Positions 42,881-52,827 of a stretch of DNA of 64,000 bases are shown here, in pieces (positions within the stretch are counted from its first letter, which is position 1; the number at the start of each line of letters is the position of its first letter). The notes under the pieces were generated by a model that saw only the letters and a list, made by a program, of their open reading frames with translations, searched no databases and was not told the origin of the DNA. The stretch is from an uncultured Methylomirabilota bacterium (GTDB lineage: Bacteria; Methylomirabilota; Methylomirabilia; Methylomirabilales; 2-02-FULL-66-22): NCBI GenBank assembly GCA_963845565.1, contig CAWJSJ010000005.1:64001-128000 (forward strand), in the 5' to 3' direction. The position numbers were made by a program, and so were the translations under genes.

Positions 42881-43539
42881 CCACAAAAGACGAGGCGCTT
42901 CGAGGGATCTTGGCCCGCCAGGCTGTGCTGCCGATCATGACAATCCGGAGCGTGGACACGGCGCTCCGGATCGCCGAGAGTCTGCTGGCCGGTGGGCTGT
43001 CTGTCATGGAGATCACCCTGCGGACGGCGGAGGGCGCCCAGGCCATCACGGCGATCCGCAGCCGTTTTCCGGAGATGAGCATCGGCGCCGGGACGCTGCT
43101 GCGGCCGGAGGACTTCGACCGGGCCGCCACGGCAGGTGCGCAATTCGGCGTCAGCCCGGGGATGGATCGCGCGCTGGCCGAGGCCGCGGTCAAGAGCGCG
43201 CTTCCGTTCCTGCCCGGCGTGCAGACGGCGTCGGAGGTGATGGGTGCGATCGGGTATGGGATGCGCACGCTCAAGTTTTACCCCGCCCGCGCGGCAGGCG
43301 GCGCGCCGGTGCTGGCCGATTTCGGTAACATATTCCAGGATGTGGTCTTCGTGCCGACCGGGAAGCTCGGGCAGGCGGATGTTTCCGAGTATCTGGCGTT
43401 GAAGAATGTCCTGTGCGTCGGCGGCTCATGGGTCACACCGCCAGACCGGGTGTCAGCGCAGGACTGGGACGCCATCACCCAGGTGGCCCGACAGGTGGCG
43501 CAAATGCGCGCAGCCAACCCGAGCGGTCCCACCCGTTGA
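42877..43539 (+). CDS. eda: KDPG/KHG aldolase
   Basis: EITLRT, IGAGT, VSPG, LKFYPA, VPTG, VGGSW. Confidence 0.9.
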   Translation: MTTKDEALRGILARQAVLPIMTIRSVDTALRIAESLLAGGLSVMEITLRTAEGAQAITAIRSRFPEMSIGAGTLLRPEDFDRAATAGAQFGVSPGMDRALAEAAVKSALPFLPGVQTASEVMGAIGYGMRTLKFYPARAAGGAPVLADFGNIFQDVVFVPTGKLGQADVSEYLALKNVLCVGGSWVTPPDRVSAQDWDAITQVARQVAQMRAANPSGPTR

Positions 43540-43543
43540 CCGG

Positions 43544-43572
43544 TTGACAAGGAGTTCCACCTCCAGTAGGAT
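43544..43572 (+). promoter_or_regulatory. sigma70 promoter of the thiamine operon
   Basis: TTGACA-17 nt-TAGGAT. Confidence 0.75.
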
Positions 43573-43580
43573 AAATCCAC

Positions 43581-43672
43581 CGCTAGGGGAGCGTGCGCTG
43601 AGAGCCCCAATCTGCCAGCGGATGGGGGCGACCCTCTGAACCTGACCCGGGTAATTCCGGCGTAGGGAAGCG
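43581..43672 (+). ncRNA. TPP riboswitch
   Basis: GGGG..GCTGAGA, ACCC..GAACCTGA.C.GGGTAAT.CC.GCG.AGGGA consensus; upstream of thi genes. Confidence 0.95.
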
Positions 43673-43692
43673 AGGCGGTTGAGGATACGAAC

Positions 43693-43723
43693 GCGACACT
43701 CCTTGGGGTGTCGTGTTTTTTTT
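43693..43723 (+). terminator. TPP riboswitch expression-platform terminator
   Basis: CGACACTCC-TT-GGGGTGTCG hairpin followed by T8. Confidence 0.85.
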
Positions 43724-43786
43724 GGCACGGACGCCGACAGGGCGGTCCTGGAATCTTCCCTCGGCCCAAACAACCGGCGAGGTCCC

Positions 43787-44233
43787 ATGACGCAGCGTCG
43801 CTACCCGGAACGTCCCTTCGTCGCCGTCGGCACGATCGTCGTGCGTGACGGTTGTGTCCTGCTCGCGCGGCGCGGAAAAGAGCCGAGTTACGGCCTGTGG
43901 TCGCTGCCGGGTGGCGCCGTGGATCTGGGCGAGGGGCTGAAGGATGCGGCGGCGCGGGAGACCCGGGAGGAATGCGGGATCGAGATCGAGATCACGGACG
44001 TGCTGGAGGTGGTGGAGCGAATGGTTCGAGATCCCGACGGCCGGGTCCAGTTTCACTATGTCATCGTGGACTACCTGGCACGGTGGACGAGCGGGGAGCT
44101 TGTCCCCTCTTCGGAGGTGCTGGAGGCCCACTGGGTTCCACCGGAGAGTTTTCCACGGTACGAGATGACCCGCGGCACGGCGGAGGTCGTCCTGCGGATG
44201 CTGGACACGGGAAGGAAAGCCGGGGTGCTGTGA
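43787..44233 (+). CDS. NUDIX hydrolase
   Basis: Nudix box GGAVDLGEGLKDAAARETREECGI. Confidence 0.93.
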   Translation: MTQRRYPERPFVAVGTIVVRDGCVLLARRGKEPSYGLWSLPGGAVDLGEGLKDAAARETREECGIEIEITDVLEVVERMVRDPDGRVQFHYVIVDYLARWTSGELVPSSEVLEAHWVPPESFPRYEMTRGTAEVVLRMLDTGRKAGVL

Positions 44234-44418
44234 CAGGGGCAGCGACAGCGACAGGGAGAGAGGCAGGGACCGAGGGGCGGGGAGACGCAGGGGAGCGATG
44301 GCGCAGGGGAGCAGGGGGGCTGCGGAGCAGAGGAGCAACGGCGACCGGGAGAGTGGGGGGTTTCGGACCTTGGCCGCTGACCGCTGATTGCTGAAAGCTG
44401 TTCGCTGTTCGCTGAGAG
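44233..44418. repeat. degenerate octamer (GGGAGCAG-like) and heptamer (GCTGANN) tandem arrays
   Basis: gctgacc gctgatt gctgaaa gctgttc gctgttc gctgaga; upstream G-rich periodic tract. Confidence 0.65.
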
Positions 44419-44432
44419 CACGAGGGTGGGCC

Positions 44433-44633
44433 ATGATGATTCATCTGAACGGCAAGGCGCGCGAGGTGGCCGAGGGTGTCACCGTCAGCCGCCTTCTCGA
44501 GGAGTTGAAGCTGCAGCCGCTGCGTGTGGCGGTCCAGGTGAACCAGGACATCATCAAGCGGGAGCGGTACGGAGAGGTAGCGCTGCAGCCGGGGGACACG
44601 GTGGAGATCTTGACCTTCATGTCCGGGGGATAG
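44433..44633 (+). CDS. thiS: sulfur carrier protein
   Basis: 66 aa, LNG, AVQVN, C-terminal GG; precedes thiG. Confidence 0.93.
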   Translation: MMIHLNGKAREVAEGVTVSRLLEELKLQPLRVAVQVNQDIIKRERYGEVALQPGDTVEILTFMSGG

Positions 44634-44689
44634 CGGAACAGAATACGCGGCTCCCCGTTCGAAGGCGGAGCCGTCATAGGAGGTGGACC

Positions 44690-45466
44690 ATGCGCGGTAG
44701 CGGCACGCTCACCATCGCAGGCAAGGAGTTTCGGTCCCGCCTGTTCGTCGGTACGGGAAAATACCCCGACTTCGCCACCATGGAGAGAGCGCTGGCGGCC
44801 TCGGGAACGGAGATGGTCACCGTCGCGGTGCGCCGGGTGAACCTGGACCGGACTCAAGAATCGCTGCTGGATTTTATCGACCTGAAGAAGTACAGCCTGC
44901 TTCCGAACACGGCGGGCTGCTACACGGCCGACGAGGCCGTCACGTACTCTCGCCTGGCCCGTGAAGTCGGGATGTCCAACTGGGTGAAGCTGGAGGTGAT
45001 CGGCGACCAGCGGACGCTGTTCCCGGACAACGAGGAGTTGCTCAAGGCGACGAAGGTCCTGGTGAAGGACGGATTCGTCGTGATGCCGTACACCAACGAC
45101 GATCCCATCATGGCCAAGAAGCTGGAGGATGCAGGGGCGGCGGCGGTGATGCCGCTGGGGGCGCCCATCGGCTCGGGGTTGGGCATCCGGAATCCGCACA
45201 ACATCGCGATCATCTTGCAGGGGGCCAAGGTCCCGATCATCGTGGATGCCGGTGTGGGGACGGCGTCCGATGCGGCGATCGCCATGGAGATGGGAGCGGA
45301 CGGTGTGCTGATGAATACGGCCATCGCCGGCGCCAAGGATCCGGTCAAGATGGCGGAGGCCATGCGAAAGGCAGTCGAGGCTGGGCGTCTGGCCTTCGAG
45401 GCCGGTCGGATCCCGAAGAAATCCTACGCCTCCGCCTCGACGACGATGGAAGGGATGATCGAATAG
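44690..45466 (+). CDS. thiG: thiazole synthase
   Basis: [42 protein letters not shown]. Confidence 0.97.
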   Translation: MRGSGTLTIAGKEFRSRLFVGTGKYPDFATMERALAASGTEMVTVAVRRVNLDRTQESLLDFIDLKKYSLLPNTAGCYTADEAVTYSRLAREVGMSNWVKLEVIGDQRTLFPDNEELLKATKVLVKDGFVVMPYTNDDPIMAKKLEDAGAAAVMPLGAPIGSGLGIRNPHNIAIILQGAKVPIIVDAGVGTASDAAIAMEMGADGVLMNTAIAGAKDPVKMAEAMRKAVEAGRLAFEAGRIPKKSYASASTTMEGMIE

Positions 45467-46167
45467 TGCCGAGAGCCGAGAGCCGAGCGTCGAGCGAAAA
45501 TGGCCACGCGCCACGCGCCACGAGTCGCGAGCCGCGAGATTGGGGCCTTTACCTTGTGACCGACCGGAACCAGACGGGGGGTCGAGATCTCGAGGACGTG
45601 CTCGCGCGGGCCCTGGAGGGCGGCGTCCGGGCCATCCAGCTTCGGGAGAAGGACCTCGACACGATCGAGGTGTTCCAGTTGGGAGAGCGCTTGCTCGCCG
45701 GAACCCGTGCGGCCGGCGCGGCGCTGATCGTGAACGATCGCGTCGATGTCGCCATGGCCCTGGGGGCGGACGGCGTGCACCTGACACGAAAGAGCCTGCC
45801 GCCACGCGAGGCCCGCGCCTTGGTGGGTCCCGACATGCTTCTCGGGGTGTCCTGTCACAATCTTGACGACGTGCGGGAGGCGGTTGACGGCGGTGTGGAC
45901 TTCCTGGTGCTCGGTCCCATTTACGCTACGCCATCCAAGGCGTCGTATGGCCCGCCGTTGACTCCGGAAATCCTGCGGCGCGCTCGGACGATCTGTGCGC
46001 TGCCGATCCTGGCCATCGGCGGGATCGGCCCCGAACGGGTCCCGGAGGTCATGGCAGCCGGCGCCGACGGGGTGGCCGCGATTTCGGCCGTCCTCGCCGC
46101 TCCCGATCCGGCTCTGGCGACACGGTCGTTGCTGGAAGCGGTCGCCCACGCGAAAGGCGTCGAGTAG
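45466..46167 (+). CDS. thiE: thiamine-phosphate synthase
   Basis: LYLVTD, IQLREK, VNDRVD, ADGVHL, AIGGI. Confidence 0.92.
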   Translation: MPRAESRASSENGHAPRATSREPRDWGLYLVTDRNQTGGRDLEDVLARALEGGVRAIQLREKDLDTIEVFQLGERLLAGTRAAGAALIVNDRVDVAMALGADGVHLTRKSLPPREARALVGPDMLLGVSCHNLDDVREAVDGGVDFLVLGPIYATPSKASYGPPLTPEILRRARTICALPILAIGGIGPERVPEVMAAGADGVAAISAVLAAPDPALATRSLLEAVAHAKGVE

Positions 46168-46250
46168 TCGATAGGTCAACTGGTCAACTCGTATGGATCC
46201 AGTCATCGACCAATCGACTAATTGACCAGTTGACCAATGACGAGTTGACA
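46165..46250. repeat. inverted pair of tandem octamer arrays (TGGTCAAC-type)
   Basis: tagtcgat aggtcaac tggtcaac ... atcgacca atcgacta attgacca gttgacca. Confidence 0.75.
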
Positions 46251-46257
46251 TTTCCCC

Positions 46258-46761
46258 ATGTGGATCATCGTTGACGGCTACAATCTGATACGTCAATGGC
46301 CGGAGTTGGCCATGCTGGACCGGGCCGACTTGGAGTCGGGCCGCGGGGCATTGCTCCAGGTGCTACGGGCATACCAGCGCGCCAGGCACCATCGGATCAC
46401 GGTGGTCTTCGACGGGCGCGAGCGCGGCAGCCTCTCCGGAGGAGAGGAAAAATCCGGCGGCGTCGGCGTTCGGTACTCCCGACAAGGGGAAACTGCCGAC
46501 GAGGTCATCGCCCGCTTGGTCGCCGAGGCGGGCGAGGGTGCGGTCGTGGTCAGCTCGGATCGTGAGGTCCAGGCCGCCGCTCGACGACACGGCGCCGCGC
46601 CGCTGGCGGCCGAGGAGTTCATGGCGCGTGTGGAGACCAGCCGCGTCGAGGCCCTGAAGGGCGGCGACGAGGAAGACCGTCCGCAGAAATCCGGAAAGGG
46701 GGCCGCCCGCCGTCTCCCCAAGCGGGAGCGACGCGTGGAGCGACGCCTCCGGGGATTGTGA
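46258..46761 (+). CDS. NYN domain (YacP/Rae1-like) ribonuclease
   Basis: [24 protein letters not shown]. Confidence 0.9.
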   Translation: MWIIVDGYNLIRQWPELAMLDRADLESGRGALLQVLRAYQRARHHRITVVFDGRERGSLSGGEEKSGGVGVRYSRQGETADEVIARLVAEAGEGAVVVSSDREVQAAARRHGAAPLAAEEFMARVETSRVEALKGGDEEDRPQKSGKGAARRLPKRERRVERRLRGL

Positions 46762-46828
46762 TATGATGTCGCCTGGCGACCACGACGCGCGGATTGTGCC
46801 GGACTCATGGTACGAGGAGGAACGAATC

Positions 46829-47878
46829 ATGGTGCCGTTGACGCCCGATCGGATTGTTGACCTCCGCAGCGACACGGTGACGACGCCCACGCCCGAGATG
46901 CGGCGGGCGATGGCCGAGGCGGAGGTCGGCGATGATGTGTTCATGGAGGACCCCACCGTCCTGCGACTGGAGGCCCTGGCCGCCGAACTGCTCGGGAAGG
47001 AGGCCGCCCTGTTCGTGACGTCCGGGACGCAGGGGAACCAGGTCTCCCTCATGGCGCATACGCAGCGTGGGGACGAGATCATCCTGGACGAGAACTGCCA
47101 CATCTTCAACTATGAGGTCGCCGCCCTGGCGGTCCTCTCGGCCGTGCAGGCGCGGACGCTGCGGGGGCGCCACGGCATCCTGGACCCCGCCGACGTCCGG
47201 GACGCCATCCGCCCGCCGAACATCCACTATCCGCGGAACCCGCTCATCTGTCTGGAGAGCACCCACAACCGCGGTGGCGGATCGGTCTATCCTCTCGAGA
47301 CGCTGCGAGCGATCCGGCGGATCGCGACAGAACGCGGATTGGCGGTCCACCTGGACGGGGCCCGGCTCTTCAACGCGTGCGTGGCGATGGGCGTCCCGGC
47401 GAAGGACGTCGCCGCGCAGGCGGATTCCGTGACGTTCTGTCTCTCGAAAGGGCTCGGTGCGCCGGTGGGGTCGGTGGTGACCGGCAACCGGGACTTCATT
47501 GACAAGGCACGGCGCGCGCGGAAGATGCTGGGCGGGGGAATGCGCCAGGCCGGCGTGATCGCCGCCGCAGGCATCGTGGCGCTGGAGACGATGGTGGAGC
47601 GGCTGCGCGAGGATCACGAGAATGCCCGCACGCTGGCCGAGGGGCTGGCACGGCTTCCGGGGATCGAGATCGATCCCGGATGCGTCCAGACGAACATCGT
47701 CATCTTCGACCTGGCGCGGAAGGACCTCGACGCCGCGGGCCTGGTGCTGAAGCTCGCGGGGCATGGCGTCAAGTGCTTCGCCGTCGGCCCGAATCGGATC
47801 CGCATGGTGACGCACAAGGATGTGGACCGGGCGGGGATCCTGCACGCGCTGGAGGTCCTGAAGACGATTCTGCAATAG
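46829..47878 (+). CDS. ltaE: low-specificity L-threonine aldolase
   Basis: [49 protein letters not shown]. Confidence 0.93.
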   Translation: MVPLTPDRIVDLRSDTVTTPTPEMRRAMAEAEVGDDVFMEDPTVLRLEALAAELLGKEAALFVTSGTQGNQVSLMAHTQRGDEIILDENCHIFNYEVAALAVLSAVQARTLRGRHGILDPADVRDAIRPPNIHYPRNPLICLESTHNRGGGSVYPLETLRAIRRIATERGLAVHLDGARLFNACVAMGVPAKDVAAQADSVTFCLSKGLGAPVGSVVTGNRDFIDKARRARKMLGGGMRQAGVIAAAGIVALETMVERLREDHENARTLAEGLARLPGIEIDPGCVQTNIVIFDLARKDLDAAGLVLKLAGHGVKCFAVGPNRIRMVTHKDVDRAGILHALEVLKTILQ

Positions 47879-47881
47879 AAA

Positions 47882-47907
47882 AGAGCCCTGGGTCTTCCCA
47901 GGGCTCT
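47882..47907. terminator. hairpin between convergent ltaE and HU genes
   Basis: AGAGCCCTGGG-TCTT-CCCAGGGCTCT perfect stem; A-run on the left gives a T-tail on the minus strand. Confidence 0.7.
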
Positions 47908-47936
47908 GGTACATTCTGGCCGCCTGAGCGCGCTTA

Positions 47937-48036
47937 GGAGCCGTTACGAAATAACCTATACATCTCTTTCTATTTCGTTACGGCTCCTTATGCCGTTACC
48001 GGAATTTCTCCGGTCAAGCTATTCTTTGACGACGGC
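47937..48036. mobile_element. MITE-like repeat family A, copy 2 (reverse orientation)
   Basis: TTA-GGAGCCGTTACGAAATA...TATTTCGTTACGGCTCC-TTA-TGCCGTT...TCTTTGACGACGGC-TTA. Confidence 0.85.
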
Positions 48037-48309
48037 TTAGCGAAGGGAGTCCTTCAGGGCCTTGCCCGCCTTGAAGCGCACGGTCTTGGAGGCCTTGATC
48101 TTGATCGTCTGGCCGGTCTGCGGATTCCGCCCGTTCCGCGCGGCCCGTTTTCCGACGCTGAACGTCCCGAACCCGACCAGACTCAACCGCTTGCCCTTCT
48201 TCAGCGATTCCCGCACGCACCCGACAAACGACCCCAACGCCGCCTCCGCGGCTCTCTTGGAGATTTGTGCATCCTTTGCCAACCGCGCAACCAGATCGGT
48301 CTTGGTCAT
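48037..48309 (-). CDS. hup: HU family DNA-binding protein
   Basis: MTKTDL, LVGFGTF, GRNPQTG, FKAGKALK. Confidence 0.95.
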   Translation of the reverse strand: MTKTDLVARLAKDAQISKRAAEAALGSFVGCVRESLKKGKRLSLVGFGTFSVGKRAARNGRNPQTGQTIKIKASKTVRFKAGKALKDSLR

Positions 48310-48432
48310 GGGAAGCGCCTCCTGTGAGTGTTTCGAGAGGATGGAGACCGCACGGTTGTTCGCGTCACATCACTTGCCCTTATGCTCTTACCAAACGGGT
48401 ACGGGAAGGTCAAGGCGAAACACACGGCGCGT

Positions 48433-49764
48433 TCAGGCCTTTCGGCGCCAAGCCGTCAGACGCTTGCGGATCTCCGCCTCCAGCCCGCGGTCGGTCGGCC
48501 GATAGTACATGCGCTCCCGCAATCGCTCCGGCAGGTAGTCCTGCGCGACGTGGGCACCCGGGTGGTCGTGCGCGTACTGGTAGCCCTGGGCGTAGCCCAG
48601 CTCCGCCATGAGGGAGGTGGGGGCGTTCCGGATATGGAGCGGCACCGGCTCGGCCGGGGCCGAGGCGACGTCGGCTTTGGCTTCGTTGAACGCGACGTAG
48701 ACGGCGTTCGACTTGGGTGCGGTAGCGAGATATACGACGCACTGGGCCAGCGCGAGCTCGCCCTCCGGGCTCCCCAGGAAGTGATAGGCCTCCTTGGCCG
48801 CCAGAGCCAGGGACAACGCCCGCGGGTCCGCGTTCCCGATATCCTCCGAGGCGAAGCGCACCAGGCGCCGCGCCAGGTACAGCGGATCCTCGCCCGAGGC
48901 CAGCATGCGTGCCAGCCAGTAGAGGGCGGCGTCGGGGTCGCTGCCGCGCAGGCTCTTGTGCAGGGCGGAGATGAGGTTGTAATGCTCTTCCCCGGCTTTG
49001 TCATACAGCAAGCTCTTGTGCTGGGCCCCCTCTTGGACCGTGGCCAACGTGAGGACGCCCGGTTCGGATGCCGCGGCCGCCAGGCGGCCGGACAACTCCA
49101 ACAAATTCAGCGCGGACCGCGCGTCGCCGTTGGCCCAACGGCCGATAGCCTCCAGGACGTCGGGCGCCGCCTGGAGGCCGGCACGGCCGAGGCCGCGCTC
49201 CGGGTCGGCGAGGGCGCGGCTCAGGATTAGGACGACTTCCGCTTCGGAGAGCGGTTGGAGGACCAAAACCTTGGTGCGCGACAGTAAGGGTGCGATCACC
49301 TCGAAGGAGGGGTTCTCGGTGGTGGCGCCGATCAGGGTGATGGTCCCGCGCTCGACATGGGGGAGGAAGGCGTCCTGTTGTGCCTTGTTGAACCGATGGA
49401 TCTCGTCCACGAACAGAACGGTCCGCTGCCCCCCGCCCCGGAGTCGCCGCTCCGCCTCGGCAATGACCTCTTTGATCTCCTTGATCCCCGACGTCACGGC
49501 AGAGAAGGGAATGAAGGCCGCCCGGACGTGGCCGGCGATCAGCATGGCAAGCGAGGTCTTGCCCGTTCCCGGCGGGCCCCAGAAGATGAGGGAGGGAATC
49601 TCCCCCTGCGCCAATGCGATCCGCAGGATCTTTCCATCGCCCAAGAGATGGGACTGGCCGACAAACTCCTCCAGGCTGCGCGGCCGCATCCGATCGGCCA
49701 GCGGCGCGCCCTTCTTGGGGGAGGGGGATTCGCGGGGAAACAGCTCCAGGGTCACGGGCGACAC
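48433..49764 (-). CDS. rarA: replication-associated recombination protein A
   Basis: [47 protein letters not shown]. Confidence 0.95.
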   Translation of the reverse strand: MSPVTLELFPRESPSPKKGAPLADRMRPRSLEEFVGQSHLLGDGKILRIALAQGEIPSLIFWGPPGTGKTSLAMLIAGHVRAAFIPFSAVTSGIKEIKEVIAEAERRLRGGGQRTVLFVDEIHRFNKAQQDAFLPHVERGTITLIGATTENPSFEVIAPLLSRTKVLVLQPLSEAEVVLILSRALADPERGLGRAGLQAAPDVLEAIGRWANGDARSALNLLELSGRLAAAASEPGVLTLATVQEGAQHKSLLYDKAGEEHYNLISALHKSLRGSDPDAALYWLARMLASGEDPLYLARRLVRFASEDIGNADPRALSLALAAKEAYHFLGSPEGELALAQCVVYLATAPKSNAVYVAFNEAKADVASAPAEPVPLHIRNAPTSLMAELGYAQGYQYAHDHPGAHVAQDYLPERLRERMYYRPTDRGLEAEIRKRLTAWRRKA

Positions 49765-49769
49765 CTCAA

Positions 49770-49938
49770 AGGGCTGCCGAAGAACTCGTCATGGTTCAGG
49801 TTGCTCAAAAAGGTCCAAATGCAAGGCGGAGCGCGATGCGGGGCGCGAGGCGTACTTGACACGTACGCCGCAGTGCCGCGCGCGCGGGGGCACCCACCTC
49901 AGGTGGGTCACCGCAGGTGGACCGTTTTCAGCAACCTG
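49770..49938. mobile_element. MITE-like repeat family B, copy 2
   Basis: CAGGTTGCTCAAAAAGGTCCAAATGCAAGGCGG...TTTTCAGCAACCTG; reverse-complement homolog of 7927-8097. Confidence 0.75.
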
Positions 49939-49939
49939 C

Positions 49940-50548
49940 TTAGAACCGGACCGCGGCGATGAAGTCCAGGCAGCGGGCGAATTGGTCCGGGGACAGCCGG
50001 CCCGCCTCCCGCAGGTGGCCGAGGACCGCGGAGATCCGGAGCGCGCTGTGGAGGGTGTAGCCCTTCTCGCGCAGGCGGTCGGCCCCGCCTTGCTCCCGGT
50101 CCAGAAAGATGGCGAAGTCCTTCACGACCAGGCCGGCCTGGGCGAGCGGCTCAGCCGCCTCGAACTTGCTGGCCCCGTCGGTGATCACGTCGTCGATCAG
50201 CACGACGGTTTCGCCGGCCGCGAACGCGCCCTCGATGACCCGCTTGGTCCCGTAGTCCTTGGCCTCTTTCCGGGCATAGATCATGGGCAGGTTGCCGGCC
50301 AAGGAAACGGCCGTGGCGATGGGGAGGCCCGCGTACGGGATGCCGGCGATGCGCTGAAAGGTCAACGGGGCGAGGAGATCCAGGATGCGTTGCGCAATCG
50401 CACGGAGGATCGGCGGATGCGAGATGATCACTCGGAGGTCCACATAGAATGGGGAGAGCGCGCCGGATTTCAGCTTGAACTCTCCGAACTTCAGCGCCTG
50501 GATCGCGTGCAGGTCGTCGATCAGCTTCTTCTCTGCATCGGTCAACAT
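49940..50548 (-). CDS. pyrE: orotate phosphoribosyltransferase
   Basis: FKLKSG..SPFYVDLR, RKEAKDYG, LIDDVITDG; next to pyrF. Confidence 0.93.
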   Translation of the reverse strand: MLTDAEKKLIDDLHAIQALKFGEFKLKSGALSPFYVDLRVIISHPPILRAIAQRILDLLAPLTFQRIAGIPYAGLPIATAVSLAGNLPMIYARKEAKDYGTKRVIEGAFAAGETVVLIDDVITDGASKFEAAEPLAQAGLVVKDFAIFLDREQGGADRLREKGYTLHSALRISAVLGHLREAGRLSPDQFARCLDFIAAVRF

Positions 50549-50580
50549 GCGACACCTCTGGCTGAGGACTCGATGGTTTC

Positions 50581-50668
50581 AAATGCAAAATGCGGAGTTC
50601 GGAATGCGGTTTGACGGATACGGACGGAGCGTGCCCTATTCCGCATTCTGGGTTCCGCATTCCGCATT
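50581..50668. repeat. inverted pair of tandem heptamer arrays (AATGCGG-type)
   Basis: aaatgca aaatgcg gagttcg gaatgcg ... ttccgca ttctggg ttccgca ttccgca. Confidence 0.8.
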
Positions 50669-51358
50669 GATGCGTCGGGCGGCCTCGACGGGGTCCGTGG
50701 CCGCCTGGATGGGGCGTCCCACCACCAGGTAATCGGCGCCGGCCCGGATCGCCTGACCGGGGGTCATGACCCGCTGCTGATCGTTCCGGGCCGCATCGGC
50801 CGGTCGGACCCCGGGCGTCACGATCAGGAAGCCGGGCCCGCATGCCTGCCGGATCAGACCAATCTCTTGTGGAGAGGCGACGACCCCGTCCAGACCGGCG
50901 GCCTTGGTCGCGCGGGCGAGATGCTCCACCTGCTGGGGCACGGTCCGGGTGGTGCCAAGCGTGTCCTTGATATCTAGGTCAGACAGGCTGGTGAGGACCG
51001 TGACGCCGATGACCAAGGGGCGCTCGCTGGGCGGAAAGGCCGCTACGGCCTGCGCCGCCGCCGTCATCATGGCCGGGCCGCCCGACGCGTGGACGTTGAC
51101 CATCCACACGCCCAGCGCCCGAGCCGAGGCGATGGCGCCCGCCACGGTGTTCGGAATGTCGTGGAACTTGAGGTCCAGGAAGACGCGGAGTCCAAGGTCG
51201 TGCATGGCGCGGACGGCCTCCGGCCCCTCGGCGGTGAACAGTTGGTTGCCGATCTTGACCGCCGCCAGATACGGGGCGAGCCGCCGAGCCAAGCTGACAG
51301 CCTCGGTCAACGTCGGGACGTCGAGGGGAAAGATGATGCGATTGGGATATCCGGTCAT
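50636..51358 (-). CDS. pyrF: orotidine-5'-phosphate decarboxylase
   Basis: FLDLKFHDIPNT, VTVLTS, VTPGVRP, DQQRV, VVGRPI. Confidence 0.97.
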   Translation of the reverse strand: MTGYPNRIIFPLDVPTLTEAVSLARRLAPYLAAVKIGNQLFTAEGPEAVRAMHDLGLRVFLDLKFHDIPNTVAGAIASARALGVWMVNVHASGGPAMMTAAAQAVAAFPPSERPLVIGVTVLTSLSDLDIKDTLGTTRTVPQQVEHLARATKAAGLDGVVASPQEIGLIRQACGPGFLIVTPGVRPADAARNDQQRVMTPGQAIRAGADYLVVGRPIQAATDPVEAARRINAECGTQNAE

Positions 51359-51392
51359 GGTCGGCGCTCGCTCCGGCACGGGGCTCTGGGGT

Positions 51393-51507
51393 CCGGCAAT
51401 CCGGCAACTGGCAACCTGGCAACTGGGCGAGTCGGCAATCTGGAAAAGAGGAAGGGCCAACAACCGATTCGCCTAATTGCCACGTTGCCAAATTGCCGAG
51501 TTGCCAT
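51393..51507. repeat. inverted pair of tandem 7/8-mer arrays (GGCAAY-type)
   Basis: ccggcaat ccggcaac tggcaacc tggcaac ... aattgcca cgttgcca aattgccg agttgcca. Confidence 0.75.
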
Positions 51508-51602
51508 TTCTTGCCGGAAGGCTATCACGGAGGCGGAAGCAGCGTCAACGGAAGCATCCGGGTGCATTTTGACGGCGGCCGGCGGGTCGGCCTCCCGTAG
51601 CG

Positions 51603-51632
51603 TTGACACGTCCGTGGCTCTCGGCTTAGAGT
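51603..51632 (+). promoter_or_regulatory. sigma70 promoter, probably leaderless, for the TPR gene
   Basis: TTGACA-18 nt-TAGAGT, then 6 nt to ATG 51639, no SD. Confidence 0.55.
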
Positions 51633-51638
51633 ACACCC

Positions 51639-52790
51639 ATGCTGCTCTGCCGGGTCGTTCTCTGGAGTCTCCTGGCTGGCGCGTTGCTGGCGCCACCCGC
51701 CGCGGCGTCCCACCACGCGCCCGCGGTGCGGGCGGGTATGCTTGCGGCGAGCGAGCTCCTCTTGAATCTGGAGCTGGATGCCGCCGCTGCCGAGTGTCGG
51801 CGCATGCTGGCGCTGCCGCAGGGCGAGGCGGCAGGTCGGTTCTGCCTGAGCCTGGTGACCCTGACGCGCGCCGAGGACCAGGACGACCCGACGCGTGAGC
51901 TGGATCGGTTCCTGGCGCAGGCGGATGACGCCCTGGCGGCGGCGGAAGCGCAGGAGCGCGCAGCCCCCACCGACGCCGAGACGCAGCTCCTGCTGGGGTT
52001 GATCCATGGAAGCAAGGCGCTGGTCGATGGCGGCCGCCGGAATTATTTCTCGGCGCTCCAGGGGGTGCGCGAGGCGCACCGACGGTTCCAGGAGGCTCAA
52101 CGGCTCGACCCGGCCTTGGTGGATGCGCTGTACGGTCTCGGGTTGTACCATATTGCGCTGGACAGGCTGCCCTCGCTTGTGAGACCGTTCGCCGCCCTCG
52201 TGCTGCCTGGCGGCGACGCCGCGTTGGGGATCAAGGAACTCGAGCGGGTGGCGGAAACCGGCGCATACCTCAAGATGACCGCGCGCGTGGCGCTTCTTCA
52301 CGTGTACGCCGGGATGGAGCACCGGTACGCCGAGGCGGTACGGCTGGGCCAGGATCTGCTGCGCCGTTTTCCGGGAAACCCGGAGCTGTATTTTGCCACC
52401 GCCCATGCGGCGTCCGAGGTCGGTCGGTTCGAGGAGGCGCTGGCGATCGCGCGCCGCGTCGGGCAACAGGTGGCCGAGGACCGACCACGGTTCGCGGGGC
52501 TCTCGGCGCGGTACAACCAATTGATGGGCAAGGTGTACATGGACCGTGGCGACTATGCCACGGCCCTGACGTTTTTCCAGCGCGCGGTTCAGGCGTCCAC
52601 ACCGCTCAGGTATCGATGGATCACCGCCTGGGCCTGGACGAGGTCGGGAATGATCTACGATCTCCAGGGCGACCGACAGGAGGCCGTGCGCAGGTACCAG
52701 GCGGCGCTGACGGTTGAGACGGACGGGCTGGCCAAGGACCTGGCCCGCCAGTACCTGGAAACCCCGTATCGCGGTCGCGCCCGCTCCTGA
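51639..52790 (+). CDS. secreted tetratricopeptide repeat protein
   Basis: Signal peptide; TPR-like DALYGLG, GKVYMDRGDYATALTFFQRA, SGMIYDLQGDRQEAVRRYQAA. Confidence 0.8.
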   Translation: MLLCRVVLWSLLAGALLAPPAAASHHAPAVRAGMLAASELLLNLELDAAAAECRRMLALPQGEAAGRFCLSLVTLTRAEDQDDPTRELDRFLAQADDALAAAEAQERAAPTDAETQLLLGLIHGSKALVDGGRRNYFSALQGVREAHRRFQEAQRLDPALVDALYGLGLYHIALDRLPSLVRPFAALVLPGGDAALGIKELERVAETGAYLKMTARVALLHVYAGMEHRYAEAVRLGQDLLRRFPGNPELYFATAHAASEVGRFEEALAIARRVGQQVAEDRPRFAGLSARYNQLMGKVYMDRGDYATALTFFQRAVQASTPLRYRWITAWAWTRSGMIYDLQGDRQEAVRRYQAALTVETDGLAKDLARQYLETPYRGRARS

Positions 52791-52827
52791 CCGTCATCCA
52801 CTTCACCGACGAAAGGATCCGCGCCCC

